Notes: generated from the letters alone by a model not told the origin. A DNA stretch of 32,000 nt from Candidatus Iainarchaeum sp. (GCA_037441475.1 JBBISB010000001.1:396418-428417); one strand, 5' to 3'; positions 17,735 through 27,250 are shown, counted from the first letter of the stretch. Numbers and translations are program-made.

Positions 17735-18892
17735 TTAAAATAAAAAAACATCAGCTTTTTTAATAGCATCTATAATCAACTGCTTTTCAGTATCAATATT
17801 TTCTTCTATTTTTAAGATATCTGATAATAATGTCTTTGTTTTAGGATGCTTTGATATCATAAAAGAACAACAGTCAGGGTAAGGAAGGATTGAAGTTTCA
17901 TAAGTACCAATCTCCTTAGCTATCTTAATTATTTGTTGTTTATCAAAGGCTATTAATGGAGAAAAGGTTGGTAAGGTGGTTGCTGAATAGATGCTTGTTA
18001 GGTTTTCTATAGTCTGTGAAGCAACTTGTCCTATGCAATCTCCTGTTACAATTGCTTTTGCATCTTCTTTTTTTGCTATCTGTTCAATTATTTTAAACAT
18101 GTATCTTCTATAGATAATCATCCTATAATCAGAGGAAACATTTGCTACTATGTTTTTTTGAATATCTGAAAAAGGAACAACATATAGCTTTGTTTTAAAC
18201 TGAAATATTTTTAAACTTTCAACTAATTTTTTTATTTTTTCTAAAATCTGATCTTTTACTAAAGTGTTATTATAGATGTGTACAAAAGTAACAAGGCACC
18301 CTCTCTTCATAAAAAGATAGGCTGCAATCGGGCTATCAATACCTCCTGAAAGAGAACATATTACTTTAGCGCTAACACCAACTGGTAAGCCATCTACTCC
18401 TGGTATCCTCTCTAAAAATAAGCTTACTTCTTTTTCTGATATTTCGACCATGAGTACAAGGTCAGGATCTTTTATTTTAACTTTTTTTTTTAAAGAAATA
18501 GCTATTTTTTCTCCAAGCAAGGCGTTTACTTGAGGAGATTTTAAAGGAAATTGTTTATAACTTCTTCTAGTATCCACTTTAAAACTATTAAACTTAACTT
18601 CTTTTAATAGATTATAGGCCTCTTCTTTAATAGCTTCAAGATCATGAGAGGTGCTATTTACAAAAGAAAAGTTTGCAATACCTGGTGTTATGGATAAAAC
18701 TTTTTTTAAAAAACTAATCTCCTCTATAGAAGGAGAGGATAAAGGGATGTAAAAAAAACCATACCTCCTAGATATCCTGTATTTGTTACCTAAAGCAAAA
18801 GTAATGTTTGTAATTAACTTTTTTTCAAAAAAGACTCTATTTGCTCCTTTAATAGCAATTTCATTGTAATGAATAATAATTCCGTTATACAT
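17735..18892 (-). CDS. thiI: tRNA 4-thiouridine sulfurtransferase ThiI-like (THUMP + PP-loop, no rhodanese domain)
   Basis: IHYNEIAIKGANRVFFEKKL, CSLSGGIDSPIAAYLFMKRGC, TGDCIGQVASQTIENL, PYPDCCSFM. Confidence 0.92.
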   Translation of the reverse strand: MYNGIIIHYNEIAIKGANRVFFEKKLITNITFALGNKYRISRRYGFFYIPLSSPSIEEISFLKKVLSITPGIANFSFVNSTSHDLEAIKEEAYNLLKEVKFNSFKVDTRRSYKQFPLKSPQVNALLGEKIAISLKKKVKIKDPDLVLMVEISEKEVSLFLERIPGVDGLPVGVSAKVICSLSGGIDSPIAAYLFMKRGCLVTFVHIYNNTLVKDQILEKIKKLVESLKIFQFKTKLYVVPFSDIQKNIVANVSSDYRMIIYRRYMFKIIEQIAKKEDAKAIVTGDCIGQVASQTIENLTSIYSATTLPTFSPLIAFDKQQIIKIAKEIGTYETSILPYPDCCSFMISKHPKTKTLLSDILKIEENIDTEKQLIIDAIKKADVFLF

Positions 18893-18989
18893 ATAAGTAT
18901 ATTTAGGTACTAAAAATAATAAAAAGAGAGTTGTTTTTTAATAAAAAACGCCTTAATCTAGAAAAACCCTAATTTCCTTACTTTTAAAA

Positions 18990-19006
18990 AAATACATTTT
19001 GTATTT
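18990..19006. repeat. Inverted repeat AAATACA-TTT-TGTATTT in the divergent thiI/sepF promoter region
   Basis: 7-nt perfect arms, 3-nt spacer; possible operator or coincidental in AT-rich DNA. Confidence 0.35.
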
Positions 19007-19057
19007 AAATATTTTGGTATATAATTATAATATAAATTAATATTTAGTATTAATGAC

Positions 19058-19064
19058 GAGGTGG
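19058..19064 (+). promoter_or_regulatory. Shine-Dalgarno sequence of sepF
   Basis: GAGGTGG six nt upstream of the ATG at 19071; complementary to the archaeal 16S 3' anti-SD. Confidence 0.65.
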
Positions 19065-19070
19065 GGATAA

Positions 19071-19418
19071 ATGGCCTTTTTAGACAAAATGTTTAATAAA
19101 AAAAATGAAATCGATATAGACGAATTCTTAAATAATATGGATGTTGAGGATGTTCCTGAAGATGTAGACTTCTACGTAAAGCCTATTAATCTTCAATCAA
19201 ATAACGAAGTTGAAATTGTTATTAAAGAACTTAATCAAAGAAATTTAGTTATTTTAGATATAGAAGGACTTTCAAAGAGAAACGCACAAAGAGCAAAACA
19301 ATTTATAGGACAATTAAAAATGTACCTTACAGATAAAGGCGGAGATCTTGCAATGATTTCTAAAACAAAACTTTTACTTGTACCAGCTAAAGTTAAGATT
19401 ATTAAAAAAATGAAATAG
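19071..19418 (+). CDS. sepF: SepF-like cell division protein
   Basis: N-terminal amphipathic MAFLDKMFNKK, then DVDFYVKPINLQSNNEVEIVIKELNQRNLVILDIEGLSKRNAQRAKQFIGQLKMYLTDKGGDLAMISKTKLLLVP. Confidence 0.85.
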   Translation: MAFLDKMFNKKNEIDIDEFLNNMDVEDVPEDVDFYVKPINLQSNNEVEIVIKELNQRNLVILDIEGLSKRNAQRAKQFIGQLKMYLTDKGGDLAMISKTKLLLVPAKVKIIKKMK

Positions 19419-19432
19419 GACTGTTAACAGAT

Positions 19433-20161
19433 ATGCCTATTCAACTTAATAAGAAAAGGTTTCCTATAAAGTTAGAACCTAAGCAAGCAGCAAGTATAAT
19501 ACAAAATGCCCTTAAGAAAAAAGGTTATAAATATGAGATAAAGAAAGAAGATCTTTATCTTACTATTACACCTTACTGGGTCTCTTTTTATGATATTTTA
19601 ATAAACAAAAATGAAAAGTTTAATAGGATATCCTCTCAAATAGCATTAAATGCTATAAATAACCAAATTAATGAAAAAGTTATAGATATATTTACTATAT
19701 CAAAACCAATTATTAAAGAAAACTTAGAAGCACCTAAAACAGAACAGATACATCTTAAAACACCAATAGTTAAAAAAGAAGAAGCAGAAAAAACCATTAT
19801 TAAGTACTTGATGTACAAACACAATGTTCTTGAAGATCAAATCTCCTTAAGCGGTGTTGAAGAGATATATGTGCCTAACTGGAAAGTACAGCTTGATAAG
19901 TTTAAGCTTAAGGTAGATGCTATAAATGGAAGTGTAAATAACTTCGAGATTATTAAACAAAGAGAAAAAACTAAAATGGAAATGATCAAAGAAGTTTTTA
20001 CTGAAGTTAAGGAAGATAAAAAACTTAAAGATTACTTTAAGGATCTTTTTAAAAGCATTTATTTAGGAATTGCATTTATTTTTAAAGAAATTGCTAAAAA
20101 TTATAAAATTATATTTTGGTTGATTGTAGCTGCACTCCTTGTTTATATAATATTTCTTTAA
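19433..20161 (+). CDS. Conserved-looking hypothetical protein with C-terminal transmembrane anchor and possible internal duplication
   Basis: 242 aa; segments DLYLTITPYWVSFYDI and VEEIYVPNWKVQLDKFKLKVDAINGSV look like two related units; hydrophobic C-terminus IIFWLIVAALLVYIIFL; 12 nt after sepF. Confidence 0.7.
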   Translation: MPIQLNKKRFPIKLEPKQAASIIQNALKKKGYKYEIKKEDLYLTITPYWVSFYDILINKNEKFNRISSQIALNAINNQINEKVIDIFTISKPIIKENLEAPKTEQIHLKTPIVKKEEAEKTIIKYLMYKHNVLEDQISLSGVEEIYVPNWKVQLDKFKLKVDAINGSVNNFEIIKQREKTKMEMIKEVFTEVKEDKKLKDYFKDLFKSIYLGIAFIFKEIAKNYKIIFWLIVAALLVYIIFL

Positions 20162-21071
20162 GATCATCTATATCTTTAGAAACTGATAATTGTTCCCTTA
20201 TTTTTGAAGACCCAAGCCTTCCTTTAAAGAAAGGTATTAAAGATACTTTTAGTTTAGCAAAAGATATTGGGTGTTTAGAAACGTGATTTAAGAAAAGAGA
20301 GAGTGCTTTTAAATCATCTTCTTTTTCTAAAAGAGAATGATTCTTTGAAAAAAAATCTATTTGCTTAAAAATAAAGGGATTGCCCATTGCTTCTCTCCCA
20401 ACCATTAAAGCATCAAAGTCCTTCAATTGTCCAAGATTACTTGCAGACACATCTCCATTATAGATAATTGGGATAGGTGAAGTATCTTTAATTTTTAAAA
20501 TTTCTTTAAATCTTGAAGGATGACTATAGTTTTCCTCTGCAAGCCTCCCATGCAAGGAGAGTGCTGATATTCCTGAGGAAACAAACAGTGGAAAGTTTCT
20601 TTCAATCTCAATTTTAGAAAAACCAAGCCTAGTCTTAATAGTTATTGGTTTTTTACAAGTAGTTGAAATTTCTTTAATGATTGGTAAAACCTTTTCAAGT
20701 TGTTTTAAGTTAAAGGCCCCAGATTTACTGTTAATTATCTTTAAGGAAGGACAACCTAAATTAAAGTCAATAATATCAAAGTGTTTATAACTATCCATTA
20801 AATGAGCAGCAGAAACAGTCAAACTTTTCTCACTAAAGTCTCCAAACAACTGAACAGCAACAGGAGCTTCTTCTGTTGTTTTTAATAGATCAAGAGAGGA
20901 TAAATCATCCTTATACTCTAAAATGTGCCTGGTATTAACCATCTCTGTAAAGGTTAGGCCTGCCTTATAATCCTTACAAACAAGCCTAAAAGGAAGATGA
21001 GTATACTCCTGCATCGGAGCAAGCACCCCTCTGTGTTTTATAGGCACATTTTTTATTTTAAATAAAACCAT
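20109..21071 (-). CDS. tRNA-dihydrouridine synthase family protein
   Basis: VLAPMQEYTHLPFRLVCKDYKAGLTFTEMV, FNLGCPSLKIINSKSGAF, ITIKTRLGF, DALMVGREAMGNPFIF. Confidence 0.9.
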   Translation of the reverse strand: MVLFKIKNVPIKHRGVLAPMQEYTHLPFRLVCKDYKAGLTFTEMVNTRHILEYKDDLSSLDLLKTTEEAPVAVQLFGDFSEKSLTVSAAHLMDSYKHFDIIDFNLGCPSLKIINSKSGAFNLKQLEKVLPIIKEISTTCKKPITIKTRLGFSKIEIERNFPLFVSSGISALSLHGRLAEENYSHPSRFKEILKIKDTSPIPIIYNGDVSASNLGQLKDFDALMVGREAMGNPFIFKQIDFFSKNHSLLEKEDDLKALSLFLNHVSKHPISFAKLKVSLIPFFKGRLGSSKIREQLSVSKDIDDLKEILYKQGVQLQSTKI

Positions 21072-21195
21072 ATAGATTATATGGGTAGAAAATAATAAAA
21101 AGAAAACCTTATAAATTCTTTTAGAATAGATATATATATTATAAAAGTTAATTTTACTTTTTTTAAAAAATAAAAATTAAATATGTGAAAATTAT

Positions 21196-22467
21196 ATGAG
21201 AAAAGAAACAATTATGTCATTAGTGTTAGTTATTTTAATTCTTGGATCAATTGTAGGTATGTCTATTGGGGCAAGACCAGATCAAGGATATATTGAAGGT
21301 CCAGAAACAGATATCAATTATGATGCAATACCTGTTGAAGGTTACTATGGAGAAATACAAACCACTATTACAGAAACATATCCAGAAATAATAATTGCAA
21401 GTAAAACAAATGTTTTTGATAAAACAACTATTGAAAAAGATTTAATACCTATAACAGGAATAAAAAGAACAACTGTAAACTTTAGTAAACTTCAAGATGA
21501 CAGTATTATTGTCATTATAAGAGCTGTTATTGATGAAAAAGAAATTAGTAACATTATAGAAAAAATAAATAACCTAGATTATCTTACTTCAGAGCCTATT
21601 GAATATTATAAGCAAGGAAGTATTAACATAAATGAAAAGGTTTTATTTACAAGTGCACAAGATGAAAATAAAACTTTACAGTATTCCTTTGTTGACTTTA
21701 GGACAGAAGCAATAATTGGTATTGAAACTGTTAAAGGAGATGTTGTTTCAGGACAACTACAAGCTAGCTTTAGAGGAGAAGCACCAGAACAACTTATCTT
21801 TTATGAATCTTCAAACATAACAAACAACCCTAGACTTTTAATGGATGATGTCACTTTAGAGGTTTTAGAATGGAAGGAAGAATACCTTTATGGTTTTAAA
21901 GGACCTTTTAAATCTTCAATTACATCTCAAGAGATTAAAGAGCTTTTAGATATTAATCAAGAAGTCATAATTAACAAAGATATGAGATTAGTTTATAATA
22001 ATCTTGACTTAAAAGAAATCACTTTAGAAGAAATAAATATTGAAAGTATTGAAAATATAAGAAACGAAGAAAATAAAACCATCTTTTCTTTAAAACAAGA
22101 AACAACTTTAGAAGAGTATTTTTCTATAATTGAAACTCTTGAAGAAAATGGTTTTTTAAAAAAAGATATTTTCTCAGAACCTGAAAACTATTATTTTATA
22201 GAATCCTCAAGCCTTATTGAAAATATAGAAGAAACTCTTTTAACAAAGAAACTTTCCTTAACAGAGATTAGTCAAAAAGCAATCTTTGATATTGAAAAGA
22301 TAACTTTACAAGAGGAAGTATATAACTACAAAGAGAAGTTATATGAGATATGGTTAAGTTATCCTAAAGATCTTGAAAAAACAACTTTTACTTTCACAGC
22401 TCAAGCATATGCTGCAAAGAAAGATATAATGTTTATTACTCTTGATAAAAAAGAAATAAAAGAATAA
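21196..22467 (+). CDS. Secreted or membrane-anchored acidic protein of unknown function
   Basis: 423 aa; N-terminal signal/anchor MRKETIMSLVLVILILGSIVGMSIG; no recognised domain. Confidence 0.75.
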   Translation: MRKETIMSLVLVILILGSIVGMSIGARPDQGYIEGPETDINYDAIPVEGYYGEIQTTITETYPEIIIASKTNVFDKTTIEKDLIPITGIKRTTVNFSKLQDDSIIVIIRAVIDEKEISNIIEKINNLDYLTSEPIEYYKQGSININEKVLFTSAQDENKTLQYSFVDFRTEAIIGIETVKGDVVSGQLQASFRGEAPEQLIFYESSNITNNPRLLMDDVTLEVLEWKEEYLYGFKGPFKSSITSQEIKELLDINQEVIINKDMRLVYNNLDLKEITLEEINIESIENIRNEENKTIFSLKQETTLEEYFSIIETLEENGFLKKDIFSEPENYYFIESSSLIENIEETLLTKKLSLTEISQKAIFDIEKITLQEEVYNYKEKLYEIWLSYPKDLEKTTFTFTAQAYAAKKDIMFITLDKKEIKE

Positions 22468-22484
22468 ATAAATATTTATTCTTT
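22459..22484. terminator. Hairpin at the convergent 3' ends (bidirectional terminator candidate)
   Basis: AAAGAATAAAT-AAAT-ATTTATTCTTT: perfect 11-nt arms, 4-nt loop, spanning both stop codons. Confidence 0.5.
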
Positions 22485-22817
22485 AATAAGGGAGATTGCT
22501 TCTGCAATATCTCCATTTGTTTCTTCTAAAAGTGCTTTTGCTTTTTCTTTAGAAACATTTCCTGTTTGAGATACCATATCTATATCTTCTTGAGAAATTT
22601 CTAAAACTTTTGTAATGGATACATCTCCTGCAACTTGAAAGCTTTTGTTTCCTTGCATAACAATCTCTGTTACAGCTGGGTTTGATACAACAATCTCGGA
22701 ACCGTCCTTTAATTGAATGATTACTTTTTCAGCATCAAGCTCATTATTTTCAATACCCATTTGTTTCATTAAAGCCTGCATCTTTCTTGGGTCAAGCCCC
22801 CCCATTCCTGGCATCAT
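22476..22817 (-). CDS. nac: Nascent polypeptide-associated complex protein (archaeal NAC)
   Basis: MPGMGGLDPRKMQALMKQMGI...EKVIIQLKDGSEIVVSNPAVTEIVMQGNKSFQVAG + C-terminal UBA-like VSKEKAKALLEETNGDIAEAISLI. Confidence 0.95.
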   Translation of the reverse strand: MMPGMGGLDPRKMQALMKQMGIENNELDAEKVIIQLKDGSEIVVSNPAVTEIVMQGNKSFQVAGDVSITKVLEISQEDIDMVSQTGNVSKEKAKALLEETNGDIAEAISLIKE

Positions 22818-22969
22818 ATCTTAAAACCTCTTAATAATTATATCTTACATATATATAATATCAATAAAAATTAATAAAGCTTTTTATTTTACAAAAACAA
22901 AACATCTTTAAATAAATGTAGTCAATATATATAAAATAAAGAAAATTAATTGAAAAGAAAGAAGAACAT

Positions 22970-23593
22970 ATGAAAAAAACAATAACCAACACTAAAGACC
23001 TTATAGCTACACTTAAACTTAACCTTTCAGAAAAAGAAAAAGAACAAACAACTCTTTTTTTTAAGAAAAAAGTAATGCATGTAATTGATAATAAGATAGT
23101 CTACCCTAAGATAGAAGAAATTAAAAAAAAAGAAAAGGAGTTATCTAAAAGCATTTCCTTACTTGAAAAAGATTTATCCTACTGGAAAGGAAGTAAAAAT
23201 GAGGTTGAAAGAAACAAAGCCTTATTTCCAATAACCATTTACTTTAAGAAAAACTTCTGGAGACATAAAATAAAAGAAACTACAAACAAAGAGTATAAAC
23301 AAGATGTTATTGATGCAAAACTTACAGACAAGATCCTTCTTGATCCTGAGTATGCAAATCTTTTTGAAACCTTTTTAGTAAACCCTGACTATAGAAAGAA
23401 ATTAAAAGAAACAATCAATACTTCTATTGTCTATAAAAATAGCAGTATTGGGGGTTATAGTGAGAGAAAAAAAGAATTTAAGATAAAAACATCTGAAATG
23501 AAAATAGAACAGTTAAGAAAACAACTGGATGATTTTTATGCAAAAAAAGAAGTGCAAACTAAGATTATTGAGATAATTAAGAAGCACTCTTAA
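22970..23593 (+). CDS. Lysine-rich, probably coiled-coil hypothetical protein
   Basis: 207 aa ORF preceded by an AT-rich promoter-like region; no recognised domain. Confidence 0.7.
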   Translation: MKKTITNTKDLIATLKLNLSEKEKEQTTLFFKKKVMHVIDNKIVYPKIEEIKKKEKELSKSISLLEKDLSYWKGSKNEVERNKALFPITIYFKKNFWRHKIKETTNKEYKQDVIDAKLTDKILLDPEYANLFETFLVNPDYRKKLKETINTSIVYKNSSIGGYSERKKEFKIKTSEMKIEQLRKQLDDFYAKKEVQTKIIEIIKKHS

Positions 23594-23719
23594 TTTTCTC
23601 TTTAAAAAACCTATTTTTATGTATTTAAAAATATATATAAATGTTATTTTGTATATAATATATATTAAATAACAAATATTCAACCTTACAAAACTCATTT
23701 ACTATAAGAAAGAAAAAAT

Positions 23720-26161
23720 ATGATCGAACTTGCAAAAAAATACAACCATCTAGAAACAGAACAAAGATGGAAAGAATACTGGAATAAAGAAAAGGTATAT
23801 GCCTTTGATAGAGAAGACACTAAAACACCTATTTATAGTATAGACTCCCCTCCACCAACAATATCTGGTAAACTGCATATGGGGCATGCTTACGGTGGAG
23901 CACAGATGGACTTTTTTGCAAGATATAAAAAGTTTAAAGGATACAATGTTTTACACCCTTTTGGAACTGATGACAACGGCCTTCCAACCCAAAAACTTAT
24001 TGAGAAAATAAAAGGGGTAAAAGCAACAAAAATGAAAAGAGAAGAGTTTATTACTTTATGCCATAACACCCTTGATAACGAACTTAGAGATGACTATATA
24101 CAGAAGTTTAAAGATATTGGAATATCTGTTGATTGGTCCTTTTACTATTCGACTATTGATGATGAATCAAGAAAGATTTCACAAAAATCATTTATTAATA
24201 TTTTTAAACAAAACAGAATCTATAGGATGGATGCACCAACCATGTGGTGTACTAACTGTCAAACAGCAGTTGCTCAAGTTGATCTAGAGGATATAGACAA
24301 AAACTCAATGTTTAATGATATTGTTTTTAAAACAGAAGAAGGAAAAGACCTAATTGTTGCAACTACAAGACCTGAACTACTCTCCTCATGCGTTGCTTTG
24401 TTTTATAATGGAGAGGATGAAAGGTATAAATATCTTAAAGGAAAAGAAGCAATTGTTCCTCTCTTCAATTACAAGGTACCTATCTTAGAGGACCCTAAAG
24501 CAGAGATTGAAAAAGGAACTGGACTTGTTATGTGTTGTACCTTTGGGGATATCACAGATGTTGAATGGCAAAAGATACATGATTTGCCTATTAAAGAATC
24601 AATCTCAAAGGATGGTTTTTTAACTGAAGCTGCAGGTAAGTACCAAGGTATGAAAGTAACTGAAGCTAGAAAAAAAATAATTGAAGATTTAAAAGAAAAT
24701 AATCTTTTAATAAATCAAAAACCAATCTCACATGCTGTTAAGTCTCATGAGAGATGTAAAGAACCAATTGAGTTTGTTAAGTCCAAGCAATGGTTTTTAA
24801 AATATCTAGACATTAAAGATGAAATGCTTTCTTGGTCAGAACAGTTTAAATGGTTTCCTGATTTTTATAAGCATAGATACTCAAACTGGATAAAAGGACT
24901 TAACTGGGATTGGTGCATCTCAAGACAAATACCTTTTGGAATTCCATTTCCTCTTTGGAACTGCGAAGAGTGTGGAGAAACTATTTTAGCAACAGAAGAA
25001 ATGCTTCCAGTAGATCCACTTTACACAAAACCACCTATTCTAAAGTGTCCTAAATGTAATTCAGAAAACATAGCTCCTGAAAAAGATGTTATGACAACCT
25101 GGGCAACCAGTTCCTTAACTCCAAACCTTGTTAAAGAAAAATTAAAAGGACATAAGACATATGACTTAATTAAAAATAAACCAATGGATCTTAGGACACA
25201 GGGGCATGATATTATTTCCTTTTGGTTGTTTAATACCTTAGTTAAATCTAATTTAGAAGAAAACATGATACCTTGGAATATGGTTTACATTAATGGTTGG
25301 CTTCTTGGAACTGATGGAAAGAAGATGTCAAAGTCACTTAATAACGGTGTTGAACCTTCAGAGGTTTTAGAAAAGTATGGTGCTGATGCCTTAAGATATA
25401 TGTCAGGAACCTGTAAACCAGGGCAAGACCTTGCATATCCTGAAAAAGAACTTATTGTTGGACAAAAAACTATTGTTAAGTTGTTTAACTCCACTAAGTT
25501 TGCACTTATACACCTTAAGGATTATTCTCCAAGAAAAGAAGATCTTTTAGAAACACAAAAAATAGATGTTTATCTTTTAAACAGACTTAATGAAACTATT
25601 GAAAATGTAGACAAACATTTAGAAGAGTATGAATACTCAAGAGCACTTGCAGAAATTAATTCTTTCTTTTGGAAGGACTTATGTGACAACTATATTGAGA
25701 TTGTAAAAGATAGGCTTTATAACCCTGATAGAAGGGGAGAGGCTGAAAAGAAGTCAGCACAGTATACCTTGTATAGGTCATTTATAGAGGTTATTAAACT
25801 GTATGGTATTTACATGCCATTTATAGCAGAAGAGCTTTATCACTCACACTTTATTGATTTTGAGAAAGAAAAGTCAGTTCATCTTTTAAAGTTTCCAGAA
25901 AGAATAGATATTGTAAAAGATGATTTAGAGGTATCTTTAGAAATATTAAAAGTAATCTTTGCTATTAGAAACTATAAATCAGGAAACTCACTTTCCTTGA
26001 AAACAGAAATTAAAAAAATAGTTATAAAAACAGAAAAGAACTATATTGGATATATAGATGATCTTAAGGCAGTTACAATAGCTAGTGAGATTGAAACTAC
26101 AAAGGCACTTGAAAATAAAAATTATGAACATGAAAATCTTGAAATGGAAATTATAAGTTGA
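23720..26161 (+). CDS. valS: Valyl-tRNA synthetase
   Basis: PPPTISGKLHMGHAYGGAQMDFFARYKKFKGYNVLHPFGTDDNGLPTQ, ISRQIPFGIPFPLW, GTDGKKMSKSLNNGVEP. Confidence 0.96.
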   Translation: MIELAKKYNHLETEQRWKEYWNKEKVYAFDREDTKTPIYSIDSPPPTISGKLHMGHAYGGAQMDFFARYKKFKGYNVLHPFGTDDNGLPTQKLIEKIKGVKATKMKREEFITLCHNTLDNELRDDYIQKFKDIGISVDWSFYYSTIDDESRKISQKSFINIFKQNRIYRMDAPTMWCTNCQTAVAQVDLEDIDKNSMFNDIVFKTEEGKDLIVATTRPELLSSCVALFYNGEDERYKYLKGKEAIVPLFNYKVPILEDPKAEIEKGTGLVMCCTFGDITDVEWQKIHDLPIKESISKDGFLTEAAGKYQGMKVTEARKKIIEDLKENNLLINQKPISHAVKSHERCKEPIEFVKSKQWFLKYLDIKDEMLSWSEQFKWFPDFYKHRYSNWIKGLNWDWCISRQIPFGIPFPLWNCEECGETILATEEMLPVDPLYTKPPILKCPKCNSENIAPEKDVMTTWATSSLTPNLVKEKLKGHKTYDLIKNKPMDLRTQGHDIISFWLFNTLVKSNLEENMIPWNMVYINGWLLGTDGKKMSKSLNNGVEPSEVLEKYGADALRYMSGTCKPGQDLAYPEKELIVGQKTIVKLFNSTKFALIHLKDYSPRKEDLLETQKIDVYLLNRLNETIENVDKHLEEYEYSRALAEINSFFWKDLCDNYIEIVKDRLYNPDRRGEAEKKSAQYTLYRSFIEVIKLYGIYMPFIAEELYHSHFIDFEKEKSVHLLKFPERIDIVKDDLEVSLEILKVIFAIRNYKSGNSLSLKTEIKKIVIKTEKNYIGYIDDLKAVTIASEIETTKALENKNYEHENLEMEIIS

Positions 26162-26167
26162 GAATAA

Positions 26168-26668
26168 ATGGAAGAAAGAAGAATTAGTTTTTTAGGAGAT
26201 TTATTAATAATCATTGTTATTGTTTTCTTTGTTTTTTTGTTTTTAAACCAAACAAAGACAAATAACATTAATCAAGTGGTTTTAATAAATCAAGAGTTTG
26301 GGGTTACAAAACACATCTTAGTTCCGTATGATGCTTCCGGGTATATAGCTAAGCTATCTTCTCTTTCTGAAAAACAAGTTACTGAAAACTTAATTGATTT
26401 TACTTTACTTACAACTGAGATATCTGAAGTTGAAGGTATGCTTTATAGAGCCTCTATTGTTAGGGAAGAGTGTGCATCTAGAGATTTAAAATTAAAAATA
26501 AATGCAGTTTATCTTAAAACAGAGAGACTTGAAAAAAATTTCTCTGAGATGAGTGATAAAAAGTATGATAAACTAAATATTGATAGCTATAAGTTATATT
26601 TAAGCAATGTTAAGAAAACATATTTTACATATAAAACAGATATTGAGAAAGTTACTACTTGTAAATGA
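26168..26668 (+). CDS. Hypothetical protein with N-terminal transmembrane helix
   Basis: 166 aa; MEERRISFLGDLLIIIVIVFFVFLFLNQT, then a polar extracytoplasmic-like domain with Cys; 6 nt after valS. Confidence 0.7.
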   Translation: MEERRISFLGDLLIIIVIVFFVFLFLNQTKTNNINQVVLINQEFGVTKHILVPYDASGYIAKLSSLSEKQVTENLIDFTLLTTEISEVEGMLYRASIVREECASRDLKLKINAVYLKTERLEKNFSEMSDKKYDKLNIDSYKLYLSNVKKTYFTYKTDIEKVTTCK

Positions 26669-26680
26669 AGTTGAAAAAAT

Positions 26681-27250
26681 ATGGAAAAAATAGCACACGG
26701 AGCAGAAGCCTTTCTTTATAAAACAAAGATATTTGATAAAGAGGTGTGTGTTAAGCAAAGGGTATCTAAGAGATACAGACACCCCCTTCTTGATAAAAGA
26801 ATATTAAAAACAAGAAACAAGGAAGAGGCTTTTCTTTTAAGAAAAATAAAAAAAAATAACTTAAATGCTCCAAACGTTTATTACCTTTCTGAAAATAAAA
26901 TTATTATGCAGTATATTAAGGACGATTGTAAGCATAAGGATATGTTGTTTAAGATAGGAGAAGAGATTGCTAAAATGCATAACATAAATATTGTGCATGG
27001 AGACTTAAACTTAATAAACATCTTAACCATGAAAGGAGAGGTTTACTTTATTGACTTTGGGCTTGGTTTTGTTTCCTTAAAGGTTGAGGACAAGGCAACT
27101 GATCTTTTGGTTTTTAAAAAAACATTGTCCTCTCTTAAGAAAACAGAAGATTTTTGGGAAAATATTAAAAAAGGATACCTAAACAAAACAAATAATAAGG
27201 AGATTGTTATGAAAATAGAGATTATTGAGAAAAGAGCAAGATATCTTTAA
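26681..27250 (+). CDS. bud32: KEOPS complex kinase/ATPase Bud32, standalone
   Basis: HGAEAFLYKT, KQRVSKRYRHPLLDKRILKTRNKEEAFLL, NIVHGDLNLINIL, VYFIDFGLGF, EDKATDLLVFKKTL. Confidence 0.93.
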   Translation: MEKIAHGAEAFLYKTKIFDKEVCVKQRVSKRYRHPLLDKRILKTRNKEEAFLLRKIKKNNLNAPNVYYLSENKIIMQYIKDDCKHKDMLFKIGEEIAKMHNINIVHGDLNLINILTMKGEVYFIDFGLGFVSLKVEDKATDLLVFKKTLSSLKKTEDFWENIKKGYLNKTNNKEIVMKIEIIEKRARYL

